The translations under genes were made by a program, and so were the position numbers. 64,000 bases of DNA from Octopus sinensis. Lineage: Eukaryota. The stretch lies in contig NC_043021.1 in the NCBI RefSeq assembly GCF_006345805.1, positions 13,082,001-13,146,000 of the forward strand, in the 5' to 3' direction. The notes below the pieces were generated by a model, which made no database searches, had not been told where the DNA came from, and saw only the letters and a list, made by a program, of their open reading frames with translations. Shown here piece after piece: positions 12,700-26,755 of this stretch (positions are counted from its first letter, which is position 1; the number at the start of each line of letters is the position of its first letter).

Positions 12700-12907
12700 C
12701 CCTTTAGTATTTAAACCAGGCATATCCAGCCCAAATATTCTGTTTTGTGTTTAAATTGGCCAGATGTGGCCTCTCACACCTACCCTACAATATCATTCTA
12801 AAAGTCAACAGTTACCTCATCAAAATCTCAAAGCTACAAGATAATGTTTGATTAAAGACATGTGGATAAATAAACACTTTTGACAGAATAATGTAAATAC
12901 TAAGTGG
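12700..12907 (+). mobile_element. piggyBac-like MITE family B
   Basis: TTAA-CCCTTTAG (12696) to AAGTGG-TTAA (12908); body homologous to 18187-18407. Confidence 0.85.
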
Positions 12908-14924
12908 TTAAGGAAGTTAAAGAAATATTAAATATATAATGGAGTCTGTAAGTGCATCTTGCTGGGAACCAAATAAAAAAAAAGGAGTTTTGATGCAAAT
13001 GAAACTTAGAGTGACCCTAGACAGTTTCTTTGAACTGTAAATTGTCAAAGATCTCACATCTGTTTTCTGTATGAGAATTTGTTAGAGAAATTGACATGAA
13101 TATTAACAGTAATATTTTGTGTTTGGATATGGCTTCATGAGAACAAGCAAATCATTTAATTAATAGATGAAAGCGTAATATATTTTCTCACAAAATAGGC
13201 AGAATGAAGCCAAAGATGATGTAATGTTTGGATTCTGAGTTCTCCGACCTGCAGATTTTTGGTTTAATTAAGTTAAACAGGATAATGGTGATTAAGGTTA
13301 ACTCCGGGAGGACACAAACAGATGGCAGAAAGATTACAAAGACCTTTCTTCTTTCCTCACTCTAGACAAGCTGAAAAAACAGGTAGCTGTTCATATAAGG
13401 AGTTAACCTTTGGTATAAGAGGAAACTATGTAGTAATGCCGCTAGAAATGATAGCCAAATACCCACAAAACCACTCTTGATTTTTGGAGAGAAATGACAT
13501 GCTGAATAAAGTTCTAAAAAATAAACACGAGAGGGTCACAGCTAGAATGCCTTTGATCTTAAGCCTGTTTTAACAAGGTTAACCCAGGGCTAAACAACCT
13601 TTCATGAGGTTATCCCCTTGAAGAATAACATTTGGATTTCATTGATTAACAAGTACAGAAATGTTATAAGTCATCTATAATAATAGCAGGATGTAAAATG
13701 CTCATTAATTTTGTCCAGTCAGCTTTTGCCAGGAGGAGGACCATCTGAAATAGATTTGCCACTTCACACAGCAAGTTTGCTGTACTCTTTTTTTTTATTA
13801 TCAATGTTACTGAATGCACAGACCAACACCAGTCTCTTTGGAATCTGTCACAGAAATACTTTTATGAAAAAGTACAACTATGAGCAAATTTGAGAGTAAA
13901 AAGTACAAACCTTTTGCTAACACACCCACATGTATGCATAAAGGGAAAATGGTAACATCAATATCAGAAAGCTGATTTTAGCTGTATTTCCAGAAATGCA
14001 ATTGAAAAAGCATGAAGTATAGTTGATTAAATTGTCGAGTGTCTGACTGGTAGAGTACTTTATTCCCCCTGCAGTGATGATCTGAGTTCAGAATACAGAC
14101 GGATATATTCAAATTATCTGACCACCGATTCTGCCGATATGCTAAGTAGGGAAGGTAATTAATTAAGAAAAACCTTAACTTATCCATGGATAGAATTCAA
14201 GACATTCCATCACAAAACTTTATCAACAAGATCCTGGAACTGGGGCAAGATACATGGTTTAACTACCAGGTGAGCTCTGACTGATTAGGCCTATAGTCAA
14301 ATGTGTTTCCCTTATGACCGTTTGCTCTTTTATTCAAGATAACCATGACAATATTTTATGTGTTCTTCCTTTTAGGACAATAGAAAATAAGGTATTAAGG
14401 TGAATTTAGCTGTTATTTCTAACCAGTAGAGGAATCTTGCTGAGGCCTCTTCATTGGCACAGCTATCTACAATTTGAAGATGCATGCATATAGTGCAATG
14501 GGAAGTTACAGAAACATTTAAATCACACCCTCCTTTGGAATTTTTCAATGTTTATAAACTATTAAAAGATATTTTCTACATTCTGCGAAACCATTTCAAT
14601 ACACCACCCCTCTACACACACAGAGTAACATTCAAAATGGTTTTGAAAAATGTAAACAAATGGGTACAGGCAGACATATCTGTGTGTGTGTGTGGTACCA
14701 TGGATAAGTGTTTTCTTCTCATAGCCTTATGACTAATTTCAGACACACAGCATGGAATGGCAAAAATTGGTGTGTCAAATGAAAATACCTTGTGGTATTT
14801 CACTCCACAGCAACTTTCTCCCTTTACATCCAAGCTGACTATTTTGTCCACCGGGTCAATAAACTCATACTGGTCAGTAAAATTGATTAAAACCTTTTAA
14901 AGCAATACCACAACATGGATGCAG

Positions 14925-15265
14925 TGCAGTGAGTGACCAGAGGCTCATATCAATGGTCATGCTGGGGCACTGCAGTTCAACAAATTAAACCTTGTACTTT
15001 TTTTTTTCTTTTTAAAGCCTGGTACTTATTTTATTGGTTTCTTTTTCTGAAGTTCTAATGTTATGGGGATGTAAACACACCAACACAGGCTGTCAAGTGG
15101 TGGTGGGGGACAAGCAAAGATATACAACAGGTTTCTTCTAGATTCTGTCTACCAGATCCACTCACAAGGCTTTGTTCAGCCTAGGGCTATGGTAGAAGAT
15201 ATTTGCCCAAGGTGCCATGCAATTGGATGGAACCTGGAACTTCTTACTGCACAGTCATTCCTGCA
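14925..15265 (-). mobile_element. tRNA-derived SINE family 1, old diverged copy
   Basis: CATGCTGGGGCACTGC..GGTACTTATT..GTAAACACACCAAC..CCACTCACAAGGCTTTG..CCCAAGGTGCCATGC. Confidence 0.8.
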
Positions 15266-16327
15266 TGTATACACGAGAAAGGCTCAAATGGCAACATTTC
15301 GATAAACACAGTGATTTTCTGCAGGCATTCATTTATGAAAACAAAATCTCTCTAGTAGTTCCTTTGACCTTGCAGTTATAGTTAAATCGTGTTCCATTAG
15401 GGAGATCCAATAAAACTGAAACATGCTCAGAGTTGTCATTACACTGATAAACATCAAACTCACTCCCAACTGCATTCCATATTTAATTTTAATTGGTTCT
15501 AATTTAGAAACAAGGCCAGCAATTTTAAGAGGAGGAGGATGGGTCAATGCCATCAACCTAAGTACTTGACTGGTACTTTGATTTTATCAACTGGTAAAGG
15601 GAATGAAAAGCAGGATTTGAACTCAGAACATAAAGAGCTAGAAAAGATACTGCAAAGCAATTTTTCTGATGCTCTAATGATTCTGCCAGCTCATTACCTT
15701 ATATTTAATTAAAACTGATATTGTCTCCCTTGCCCCACCCCCTTTTTTTTTTCACTAAAAATAATGTTGATAATTGTTCATCACCAAAGGTATAATTTTA
15801 ATTAAAAAATCCAGTTTGACTAGATAAAGTGTGCTAATTAGCACCCACTTTACTGCTAAACTTTTCATACACCAGTTCTCTCCCTCGCTATTTTTCTTCC
15901 CCTGTCATTCTACCAATTAAGATGTTTGTTCCTCCTGTCTTAAGATGTCAATGCCTCTACCAACCACAAAGTTGTTGACAAACAATCATGTCAAATAAAA
16001 TAAACTTTAATGATTCACTAATAAATACAAGGCTGACCTCACCCTCTCCCCTCTGAAGGCCAGCCTTCCAGGATATAACTACTACTTCCTGTCATGTATA
16101 TGAAGATTAGAAAAATAATTGGAGAATGGTACTCAGCATAGAACCTTAATATGACAGCTTTTTTTTTCTAAGTAGAGATACTAAGAGCACACACATAAGT
16201 GTTTAGAAGAGTCCATTGCATGCAAAGTAGAACTATCATGCACAGCATAATGAGAACTGCCTTGTATATCTATAGAATTCTTTCATTTTCACTGTCATCA
16301 TCAGAGAAGTACCACACTTGATTTTAA

Positions 16328-16548
16328 CCCTTTTGATACCAACCCGGCTGAAACCACTTCTGGCTCTGTAATACAAATGTCTTGTTTCCATTAGTTGTGA
16401 ATTAAAATCTTCCACCAAAACCTTAGTCACAATTTATGTTCCTAACACTAGCTTAATGATAGCAAAGCTATTTTACTAAATTCTTGGTTATATTCAAAAT
16501 TAATTGAAAGAAACAGAGCATCTCAAAATAAATACGGTAACGAAAGGG
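16328..16548 (-). mobile_element. piggyBac-like MITE family A, opposite orientation to 1895-2115
   Basis: TTAA-CCCTTTTGATAC (16324) to GTAACGAAAGGG-TTAA (16549). Confidence 0.92.
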
Positions 16549-16563
16549 TTAAATAATCTAGGG

Positions 16564-16751
16564 CAGTGGTTTTCAGCCGGGGTCTATATGAGCCTTGGAG
16601 GTCCGTATAAGATTTTGTTGTTAAGGTTTATATGCAATAAATTGCATATAATTTTTTTTATACAATTCCTAATAATAACAAATAAAAAATATAGGATTTT
16701 TTTATGTCCACGGAAAGGTTATGGTACAGTAGAGTAAAACAGGAGCCATTG
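16564..16751. mobile_element. hAT (Charlie-like) MITE
   Basis: Perfect 8-bp TSD ATCTAGGG at 16556-16563 and 16752-16759; ends CAGTGGTT.. / ..GCCATTG. An 8-bp TSD with a CTAG core is typical of hAT-Charlie elements. Confidence 0.8.
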
Positions 16752-18186
16752 ATCTAGGGAATATCTTTTGGACAGTCTTTAGTACAAGCTTTGCCAAACA
16801 TTTGCAAGATGGTGAAACTTAAATGACATTAACCTTGCCTCATATAAAAGTAAATTGTAACGCCAACGAAGGAACAACTATGTGGTTACCTGATATGCTA
16901 GAAATATCATCAAAATCGGTTTCAAAAGACGTAACTAAGCTAATCCCCTAGATCTACAGTTCTAGAAAATATATATTAAAGAGAAGTTTGACAGTTATGT
17001 GTTTTCAATACAAAATCTAAAGAGTGCCTAAATGTGAAGAGTTCCAGTTGCAAGCAAGATGTTTTGTAAGGTTTGTAGCAGGGTACTATAAATGTCACTA
17101 CAAACCACAGCAACAGTAAACCAACAAGAGAACTTTTAAACCCACTTGGTAAAAATAAGCATTAATTGACCCCCAAATCACCTTGCAATGGTAAAAAAAA
17201 AAGAATGACACTGAATAATGTAATCCAAGATACACTATGACAATAAAAGACAAGCCGATGATAGCTGATGTCTGCTCAATCAGGGATGATCTGCAGGTAA
17301 ATAAGCACCTGCTTCTGATAGCTATTTATAGCTTATACAGAATGTCTCAATATCTTTCCCAAGGACACATCACAGACAAAAATATCTGATCTAACACTGA
17401 TACTTAAAAAACTTGGTTAGCTGCAAGTTAAAGAATAGATTAGAATTGTATTAGAGCTATATTGTTTGACAAGGGTAAATAGGAAAGAAAGTATTGGAAA
17501 GGACCACATTAGCATTGTTAATTCCTTAAGCCAGAAAGACTGATGCAAATATTCCATTAAGCTTTCTTGATTTGTCAAAATTGCTCGCTTAAAAAAAGTT
17601 TTAATACTGAATTATGGCATCAAGGAATCATGGTTAGTCATTTTAGCTTTCAGCTTTCCTTTTGGCAATAAAAAGAAAGCAGAGCAAGATAATGTATTCA
17701 ACGTCAAATGTTAAAATATAACAAATAAATCCAATGTAACTAAACATAAACACTCAACATGGCTTTTCTTTAAGGCAAAAAATATTTAAAGTATCATACA
17801 GACAAGAAAGTAATAGCTCAAATGCAGTATAGCCATGAAAACAGCAGAAAGACTAGGTGCTTTTCTGTCATATAAAGGTAAAATACCCAATTTTTCAGCG
17901 GTTTTCATGACATTTGAAATATTACTTTGTATATGATACACATTTGACACTTCCAAAAACAAAAGTTAATGGTTTCAAATTTTGGCACATGGACAGCACA
18001 TTTGGGGGAGGGGCTAAGTTCGTTAAATCGACTCCAGTGTTCAACTGGCACTTAATTTATCGACTCCAAAAGAATGAAGGCAAAGTTGACCCTGGCGGAA
18101 TTTGAACCCAGACAGATGAAATGCTGCTGCTAAGCATTTTGCCCAGTGTGCTAATGGTTCTGCCATTTTCTACATTTGGCATCTAA

Positions 18187-18407
18187 CCCTTTAGCATTTA
18201 AACCGGCCATATCCGGCCAAAAGTATTCTGCCTGTTTTACGTTCAAACTGGCCAGATCTGGTCTCTCACGCCAACCCTACAATATCATTTTAAATATTAA
18301 CAGCTACCTCATTGAAATCTCATAGCTACAAGATAATGCATGATTAGTTCAAAACAATGCAGATGAAAAAGCATTAATTTTGGTAGAATAATGTGAACAC
18401 TAAAGGG
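18187..18407 (+). mobile_element. piggyBac-like MITE family B
   Basis: CTAA-CCCTTTAGCATT to CTAAAGGG-TTAA (18408); highly similar to 63915-64000. Confidence 0.9.
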
Positions 18408-19804
18408 TTAAGTTAATATGAAAGTATGAGATGGTCAATATACTTTGTAGGTTTTAATTCCTGTTTCCAAGATTAAATTTCACCCAAGACAAATTTAGCC
18501 GTTCATAGCTCTATCATAAAAAAAAAAAAATACAAAGATACTAGGATTATGCAGATAGATTAATTATGATCCATATTCTAAAAGGAAATGATAATCTTGT
18601 ACAACATGAAATATTTAGTATCCTAAATGCAAAGATACAAACAACATCATTAAAATATTTCCGCCACCATCTTTTACAGGTAACTTGATAGCTTGAGAAC
18701 AACCAGTAGGATAACACCCACAAATTAACATACCCTGAGATGAAAGAAGATTTCAATGAATGAGAATGCTAAATGTTAATTTGCCACAGGTAGAACAAGA
18801 AAAACAACGGAGACTAACATTTGCAAAAGTTGAAAGAAATTTAGAGGATTCTTGTTTACTTGAATCAGATAGATATTAGTAATACATGAATTATACACAC
18901 ACATAAACAAAAGGTCAACTGTACCCTATCTCTGTATAGCAAAGAAGTCAAGGCTACCTAATGTAGGTGATAGCCCTGGGTCAACCTTGATCCTATAATC
19001 AAATCATTCAAGCTGCGACCAGCCCCCCCCCACCACCAACAGTGTACCTTGGGCTACATATGTAACATATTCATCTGTTTTTACATGAGGGTGTAAGGGT
19101 GGCTGGTATTTTAGTAAGGTTGAGCAATTACAGAGAGTTCCTTGTTTACCTTAAGCATATCAATTTGAAGAAAGCAATTAAAGACAATATTTACCAGATG
19201 TGTATTGAGAAAGGTTTCTAATAAACGAAATGGAGCAACTGACATGCTGTTGGAGGTAACCTCAAAAGTTCTATAAGATATTTGAAAGTATGAAGGTATG
19301 GAACTATATGTTCCATCTACAATAAAATGCCCAATTGTTTGATCATTTTCTCTTGCTTTCAAATGATAGAAGTACTTTTTTTTATAGTTTAAGTCAACCT
19401 TTGAGTCCTGGTCTTTTTCACTCTTTCTTCCAAAGATCAGAGATTTAGGTGTGAATGTGCTAAAAACCAAAGTGGTAATATTAAAACAGGTGATGAATTA
19501 CACTGCCCTTGAAGAAACAGTCCATCAAACTTGGTTTCTGCAGTTTCAAGCCAAATTTCATTCAAAGCTCTATTCCAACCCAAAGCCACGCTAGTAGACT
19601 GTACAGTAGAATTAAACTAAAATCCACGGGGTGACTAAAAATAAACTAGGGCATCCAGCTGTAGAAACCATGGTGAAACAGACAATTGGAGTCTAGACAG
19701 CTCCCTGGCTGGCCGGCCGGCCCCAGTTAAACCATCCAACCCATGCCAGTATGGGAAACAATGACGATGATGCGACTGAAACACTAAACTTTCTCTTTTG
19801 TTAA

Positions 19805-19995
19805 CCCTTTACCATCTAAACTGGCCCTATCTGGCCCATATATTCTGTTTTATGTTTAAACCAGTCAGATACAGCCTCTCACCTACCCCTATAATGTCAT
19901 TCTAAAAATGAACGGATCAGATTATTGAAATCTTGATGCTGCAAGACAATGTCAATAAGTATTACTTTTGACAGAGAAATTTGGATGCTAAAGGG
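19805..19995 (+). mobile_element. piggyBac-like MITE family B
   Basis: TTAA-CCCTTTA (19801) to GCTAAAGGG-TTAA (19996). Confidence 0.85.
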
Positions 19996-21992
19996 TTAAA
20001 CCAACAAATTTGAATGACATAATGAATCATAAGTCAGAAACAAGATTCTATTCCTTGAAAACAAAAACAATAAAAAATTAAAATCTAGAATTTCAGGACA
20101 CTGGCAATGACAGAAACAATTAGTCCATAGTTAGGTGAGTTCAATTACACAGAGGGGTAAATAACCTATTAGGCCCCTTGTCTTCATCTCAGGCAAAAAG
20201 CAAGGGTGTTAAACATTGGTTTCTTTACTCTTCAATTGAAATTATAGAACAGATGAACAAATGTGCCAAAGGAAAAATTCTGGCAAAATTCTTTGGTTGA
20301 ACAGTTTCTTTGGAAAACATCAACTGACTGCACAATTTTCTTATTCACTGTTTCCATATTCACATGGTGACAGTAATAAAATTAAAAAATATGAATAATG
20401 TCATAGCAAAAACTTTCCAATCATAAAACCATATTATAGAATACATTATTACATTCTAAAAAACCCTTTCTAATATTTAAAAGAAAAAACGCTTTAGAAA
20501 AAAGGGAGTGAAGTGCATGTGGAAGGGATATGAAGGTCATTAATTGAAATTGGAGAACAGAAAAAAAATCATATCTAAAGTGCAAGCCATTTGTAATAAT
20601 TGTTAACATCCTGTTGAAAATAATTATACACTCAAGAGTTAGGACAAAAAGGCAAGATCATCATAAATAACATTAACTGGAAGGTTTTTGTATCCTTAAT
20701 ACATCAGTGAAAGCCAACAAGGATTATAAATTGGTTTTTCCTTATTTTATTCCAAAATCATCATCATCACCATTTGTCTCCATAATTGTTTTCTTTCAAT
20801 CTTGTTTTGACAAATATACAGTGATCTAAGACAACAATGAATTCAACCATTCTGAAGTAAATTACTCAGGCCAAATTCATTACACACACACACATATATA
20901 TAACTCTTCTGATATGAATGCACTTGAAACAGCCATTGGTCTAACAATACAAATAGTTTTAATGCAATCTAAATCAAAACCTCCCATCAAAATTTATATT
21001 TAAAACATCAGCTTAATGACAAAATTATTTTGCTAAGCTCCTTCATTATCTTCAAAATATGGTAACAAAAGGTTTAAAGAACTAAAAGCTGTACAAACAG
21101 TACAAAACTTGATCTGAGATCATGTGTTGAAACTGACAATTTCATCTTTGCAAGTCATGATGGCTATTTAAAAGGCACATACACATACCATTATATTCAA
21201 TTTTGTTTCAGTTTGCGATGATAAACACTTTTTTTTTGTCATGTCTCTGACCTACTCAGAAGTGGACATGTACAAGATTGGTTAATTATACATTAGAAAA
21301 TAAAACAAAAGTGAATATAAAGAGGTGTGTATGTGGTAAATTATTCTAACTACCATAATAGTAAAAAAAAAATTGAAATAGAAATACAGTTTGATTCCCT
21401 GGGAAACAGAAAATGAAACTCAATAATGGAGTAGAAAGGGATAAATTTAAGGAGATTTACCTAGCGTGTAGATGTTGTGCAGAGGAAAAGTTCATAGGAT
21501 GTTAATAGGGTCACCTGCCATGAAGAGTGGGAAGTATTGTGTCAGGCTCTTCCCACTCTGCACAATAATGAAACATCAGTAGTTTACCAATTCCTTTGGA
21601 TTAATTATTACTGATGTAGGCCCTTGCAAGTTTCCTTGGATTTCAAGAACAACAGCTTCTGTGGCATAGGTTGAGGATTCGAAAGGATTCAGTGAGCCAA
21701 AAGACTCTGTGAAACCCCAATGTTTGCTTTGGCGTTGTTTCTGTGGGTGGAGGCCCTTTAAGATGCCAACCACTTTACTGTTCATTTAACAACCATTTTC
21801 CCCCCACGCCTGCTTGGGTTGGATCAGCAGTTATTTGAAATAGGATTTTATGGCTCAATGCTCTTTTGTATATGTGTTTGCACAAAGTGTATATTTTATT
21901 TATATGTTAATATAAATATATCCTTGCTATGCAAATACAAATATCTAGCAAATTTATATGCAAATACACATTGTTGCTGACAATTTGTGTAA

Positions 21993-22376
21993 TACTCTCT
22001 TTACTCTTTTACTTGTTTCAGTCATTTGACTGCGGCCATGCTGGAGCACCGCCTTTAGTCGAGCAAATCGACCCCGGGACTTATTCTTTGTAAGCCCAGT
22101 ACTTATTCTATCGGTCTCTTTTGCCGAACCGCTAAGTGACGGGGACGTAAACACACCAGCATCGGTTGTCATGCAATGCACAGACACACAAACACATACA
22201 CACATATATACATATATACGACAGGCTTCTTTCAGTTTCCGTCTACCAAATCCACTCACAAGGCATTGGTCGGCCCGGGGCTATAGCAGAAGACACTTGC
22301 CCAAGATGCCACGCAGTGGGACTGAACCCGGAACCATGTGGTTGGTAAGCAAACTGCTTACCACACAGCCACTCCT
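21993..22376 (-). mobile_element. tRNA-derived SINE family 1, near full-length young copy
   Basis: Minus strand: GGAGTGGCTGTGTGGTAAG (A-box-like)..GGTTCCGGGTTCAGTCCC (B-box-like), internal (TA/TG)n, (AAAAGAGT)n tail. Confidence 0.95.
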
Positions 22377-22930
22377 CAAGGTTATTTTCATTTATCAGGG
22401 AAAAAAAACCCAAAAGAAAAAAACGTGCAGCTGCTTAAAGTGTTCAACTGATTCTGAAGCATTCTTAAATTCCTTCTCCTCTACTAACTGTTCCAAACTC
22501 TGATGTGATGGTATAATGTTAGACCATTAACATAGGAAGGGGAAGTTCCACTAAATCTAATTGTCTAAAAATAGTTTTGTTTTTCAAATAGTCAGGAAGT
22601 TTTCAAGAAAGTAAAGAATATTTCCAAGAGTCATAATGTCTACAGCGGAATAGAAATTTAAGAATCAGCAGATGGACTTTGTAAACAATTCCAAACTTCT
22701 AATAATAGAAGCTCTCCAGCAAGAATGTTAAGTTTAAATGATATATAATATATACTCAGGTGCATACTTCTGCCTGTTTGCATACATGTGCACAAATGCA
22801 AGCATTTATGTGTATGTCTATACATGTGTTCATCCATCAAGTAAAATGTGATGCGAAAAATGGGCAGTGAATTGCAGACGGAGAGAAAGAAAAACAAAAA
22901 AAATCAATAGAGAATCAGAGAAAGCATTTT

Positions 22931-23090
22931 GTGGCTGTGTGGTAAGAATCTTGCTTCCCAACCACATGGTTCTGGGTTCAGTCCTACTGTGTAGCACCTT
23001 GGGCAAGTGTCTTCTATAGCCTTGGCCCAGCCAAAGCCTTGTGAGTGGATTTGTAAGATGGAAACTGAAAGAAGCCCGATGTGTGTTTGG

Positions 23091-23136
<46 letters not shown>

Positions 23137-23330
23137 GTTTGTTCCCTCACTGCTTGACAACTGATGGCATGTTTATGTTCCCCATAACTTAGCAGTTTGG
23201 CAAACAAGACAGCTAGAATAAGTACTAGGCTTAAAAAGCAATAATTCCTGGGGTTGATATGTTCAACTAAAACCTTTCAAGGTGGTGCCCCAGCTTGGCT
23301 GCAGTCAAATGACCAAAACAAGTAAAAGGT
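22931..23330 (+). mobile_element. tRNA-derived SINE family 1
   Basis: GTGGCTGTGTGGTAAG head, internal (AT)n, 3' GCAGTCAAATGACCAAAACAAGTAAAAG. Confidence 0.92.
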
Positions 23331-23370
23331 AAACCTTTCCTAAATCAACTTTGCTTTTCATCCTTTGAAC

Positions 23371-23632
23371 CAGTGGTTCTCAACCATTTTTTTTTTTTTG
23401 TCTGTGGACCCATTTCATTCCTATTTTATTCTACTGGACCTCCATTAGCAGTCACTGTATATAACGAAATGTATATAAAAAATCTTGCTGTATTTTTATG
23501 AGTAAATATATCAGGAATTGCATTAAAACAAATTGTCAAACTATTTTGTGTTTTGTACAAGTAAATAACCAATTTATTGCACATGAATTTTAACATTAAA
23601 ATCTTATAACGGGCTTCGGTTGAGAACCACTA
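23371..23632. mobile_element. hAT-like MITE
   Basis: TIRs CAGTGGTTCTCAACC / GGTTGAGAACCACTA; decayed 8-bp TSD CTTTGAAC vs CTTTTAAT. A related partial copy lies at about 53840-54070. Confidence 0.8.
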
Positions 23633-24462
23633 CTTTTAATGATGATAAAATGTATAACATACCAATCAAACGCAAGAGATCAATATTACTGACTTAGCAA
23701 TTGAAAGCAGCACAACAGCGTGAGCAGAGACCAATGACTGAAACCAGTATTAAAAAGAAATAACCGAAATATAAAAAGTGGATGGCAATGATGACAAAAG
23801 ATATGTATATACAGTTATTGTTGTTGGAGCATTTGATAGAAGCTGCAGTCTATCTTGTCTGTCATCAATCTCCAACAAAATGAAAGAGAAGCTTTAAATG
23901 TAGAGTCTAAAGGCCTTGTATGCTGACAGATGACAGATTTTTACATAAGTTTTAATGGCTGATCATTATCAGAGTCGAGTTGAGAGATGCATGACATTAA
24001 AGAAATAACATTACTGGAATTTTGTGATGTAGATAAACTGATTTGTAGCTGGTTTCAAATGCAGCCAAATTTAATTGCATACCATGCCAATGAAGTAAAA
24101 ATAATCTGATATTTCTTTAAAAAAAAAAAGAAAAAAAGAAAAAAAAAGAAGATAATGAAAAATTCACCCAGCATTGATTGCTAAGGTCATGGGAAGTGAA
24201 GGCATAACATTTCTGCAAAATAAAGAAGACCAATCATACACACATGAGTGTGTACATGTTTACATATGTGCCTGCAAAAGTAACGTGCAATGATTCTTCT
24301 GTCATTTCTCCTTTTAACAGCTCATCCATTCACTGAGTGTCTTCAAAGAAATAAGCGATTCTTTCTCGAAAAGCAGTTAAGGATGAGCAACAGGAAAGGC
24401 ACCTAGTAGTAAAACAAGGCCTAACCCATGCTAGCACAGAACATATAAAACTACTGGATTTA

Positions 24463-24678
24463 TTACTTTTTACTCTCTTTTACTCGTTTCAGTCATTTGA
24501 CTGCGGCCATGCTGGAGCACCGCCTTTAATCGAGCAACTCAACCCCAAGACTTATTCTTTGTAAGCCCAGTACTTATTCTATCGGTCTCTTTTTGCCGAT
24601 CTGCTAAGTGACAGGGACATAAACACACCAGCATCGGTTGTCAAGCAATGCTAGGGGGACAAACACAGACACACAAAT

Positions 24679-24717
<39 letters not shown>

Positions 24718-24881
24718 CATATATACGACGGGCTTCTTTCAGTTTCCGCCTACCAAATCCACTCACAAGGCTTTGGTCGGCCCGAGGCTATAGTAGAAGA
24801 CACTTGTCCAAGGTGCCACGCAGTGGGACTGAACCTGGAACCATGTGGTTGGTAAACAAGCTACTTACCACACAGCCACTC
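24463..24881 (-). mobile_element. tRNA-derived SINE family 1, full-length young copy
   Basis: Near-identical to 21993-22376 and 62230-62635. Confidence 0.95.
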
Positions 24882-26436
24882 TTTTTTATATTTATTTTCC
24901 ATAGCAAGTTGATCTTTAGAACGTAATGAAAGGTTCTTTCACAAATGATGAGAAATGTTTTATTTTACATATGAACATTTTAAAATAGGCAGTTTTCATA
25001 AAATAACTGCAACCAAGTGATTTCAGGTCAGTTTGTAATGAATAATCAGCATAAATCGACAAAACAAATGTATTTATTTTCAAACAGATTAAGAGGGATA
25101 AAGGCCAGAGATGTTTAGGATAGCCAGATTAGAAGATATTAGACAAAAACTAATACAAAAACAAAATAATTATGTAACACACCATAGGAGCTCTAAGTTA
25201 ATTTTAAATGCTTAGCTATTAGTGTAATTTAAACCCTAAAATTATGTAAACTTATTTGCTTCGTGCTGTGTTAAGACTTCCATCCCGACTGCACACATAC
25301 CAACAGATTAATTTTCAATGAATGAATGAATGAATAAATTATATACACAAATTTATACAAACATGACTAGAGTTTGTGAGGCCTTGCCTTACTCCAGAGC
25401 TGAAAGAGAGTCTCCTATATTGAAATCATGATCCTTTGACCCGAGATCCATATGCTCACTTTTTCATGTTTTTCTTATACAAAATTAATTAGCTTTTAAT
25501 TGAAGGTAACTAAGAGAGGACACTGAGGAAATTGCAAAAAATAAGATACAATTAAAAAAAAAATTAAGCAGCCAAACAAGGAACTCACTGGAATGATGAC
25601 GTCATTGCCATATCAAAGTAATTTAAAATGAACAGGATGCTTTATTTTATGTAGATTACTATGTCACTGTGCTGTGTTCAAATAAAGTCTGGATAACTTC
25701 AGTTTTATATCTCCACCCTACAAATCCAAAATTATAAAGAGTACAACACAAAATGTACCGTGGCCATAAATATATATTTATGCTAACTGGAGCATAGACA
25801 TTCTAAATTATAAAAGTTGGCTTAGTTACTGCTGAACTTTACTGTCAGTAAAACGGTTGGTTGCCTGAGAGAGCTCAACAAATCTCTTTCTCATATATAT
25901 ATATGAGAGAGAGAGACGTGTGCACACACACATATATACACATCCAGGGGGGTAGATTGTTGGAAAGTTAGAGTGCCAGATGAGATGTAGTTTTTGTTCT
26001 GCACTCAAATCCTGCCTCCTGTCACCAGTAACAACTGGATCTTTTGGGATAGGCTCAGGACATCCTTAAGCAACTGCCCAAGTATTTCAGCTGACCACTC
26101 TTAATCCCTGCACACCAAGTCACATGCTCGCTCTCTTTCTCTCTCTCTCTCATTTATATGAGAGTGAGAACAAAATGAACTAAAAATGCTTCATGGGATG
26201 TATTTCAATATGTCAGAGTTTCAAGTTCAAATCTAAACAGGTCCAACCAAATTAGCCTTTACATCCTTCTGGGCATCAAGATACGCGTAATAAATTAAGG
26301 GCGAATCCCTCCATTCCTCACGAATCATTATCCTTGTGTCAAAAAGGAAATCATCAAAATCCATATGAGCTACCAAACTTCAGTAAATGATACTGGATAT
26401 AGCAGCACAATGAAGACTTTAAAAAATGACAGGATC

Positions 26437-26755
26437 ATCACCATCATTTAGTGTCCGTCTTCCATACTGGCATGAGTTGGACAGTTTGACAGGAGCTGGC
26501 CAGGCAGAAGATCACACCAGGTTACTGTGTCTGTTTTGGCATTGTTTTTATGGTTGGATGTCGTTCCTAACACCAACCACCCCACAGAGTGGACCGAGTG
26601 CTTTTTATATGACACCAGCACAGGCGAGGTCAGTTTTGGCATGGTTTTTCCAGCTGGATGCCCTTCCAAATGCCAACCACTTCATAGTTTGGACTGGATG
26701 CTTTTTTTTTTGTGGCACCAGCACAGGTGAGGTCACCAAGTAACTTGCAAGACAA
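26437..26755 (-). mobile_element. RTE-type 3'-UTR fragment with internal duplication
   Basis: (CAT)n-like tail, GTCCGTCTTCCATACTGGCATGAGTTGG; the GGATG..CC(T)AA..CCAACCAC..CACCAGCACAGG segment occurs twice. Confidence 0.7.

Noticed and set aside
19111-19470. 119-aa minus-strand ORF
   Set aside because: Non-ATG start, AT-rich composition, no recognisable motif or good splice sites.
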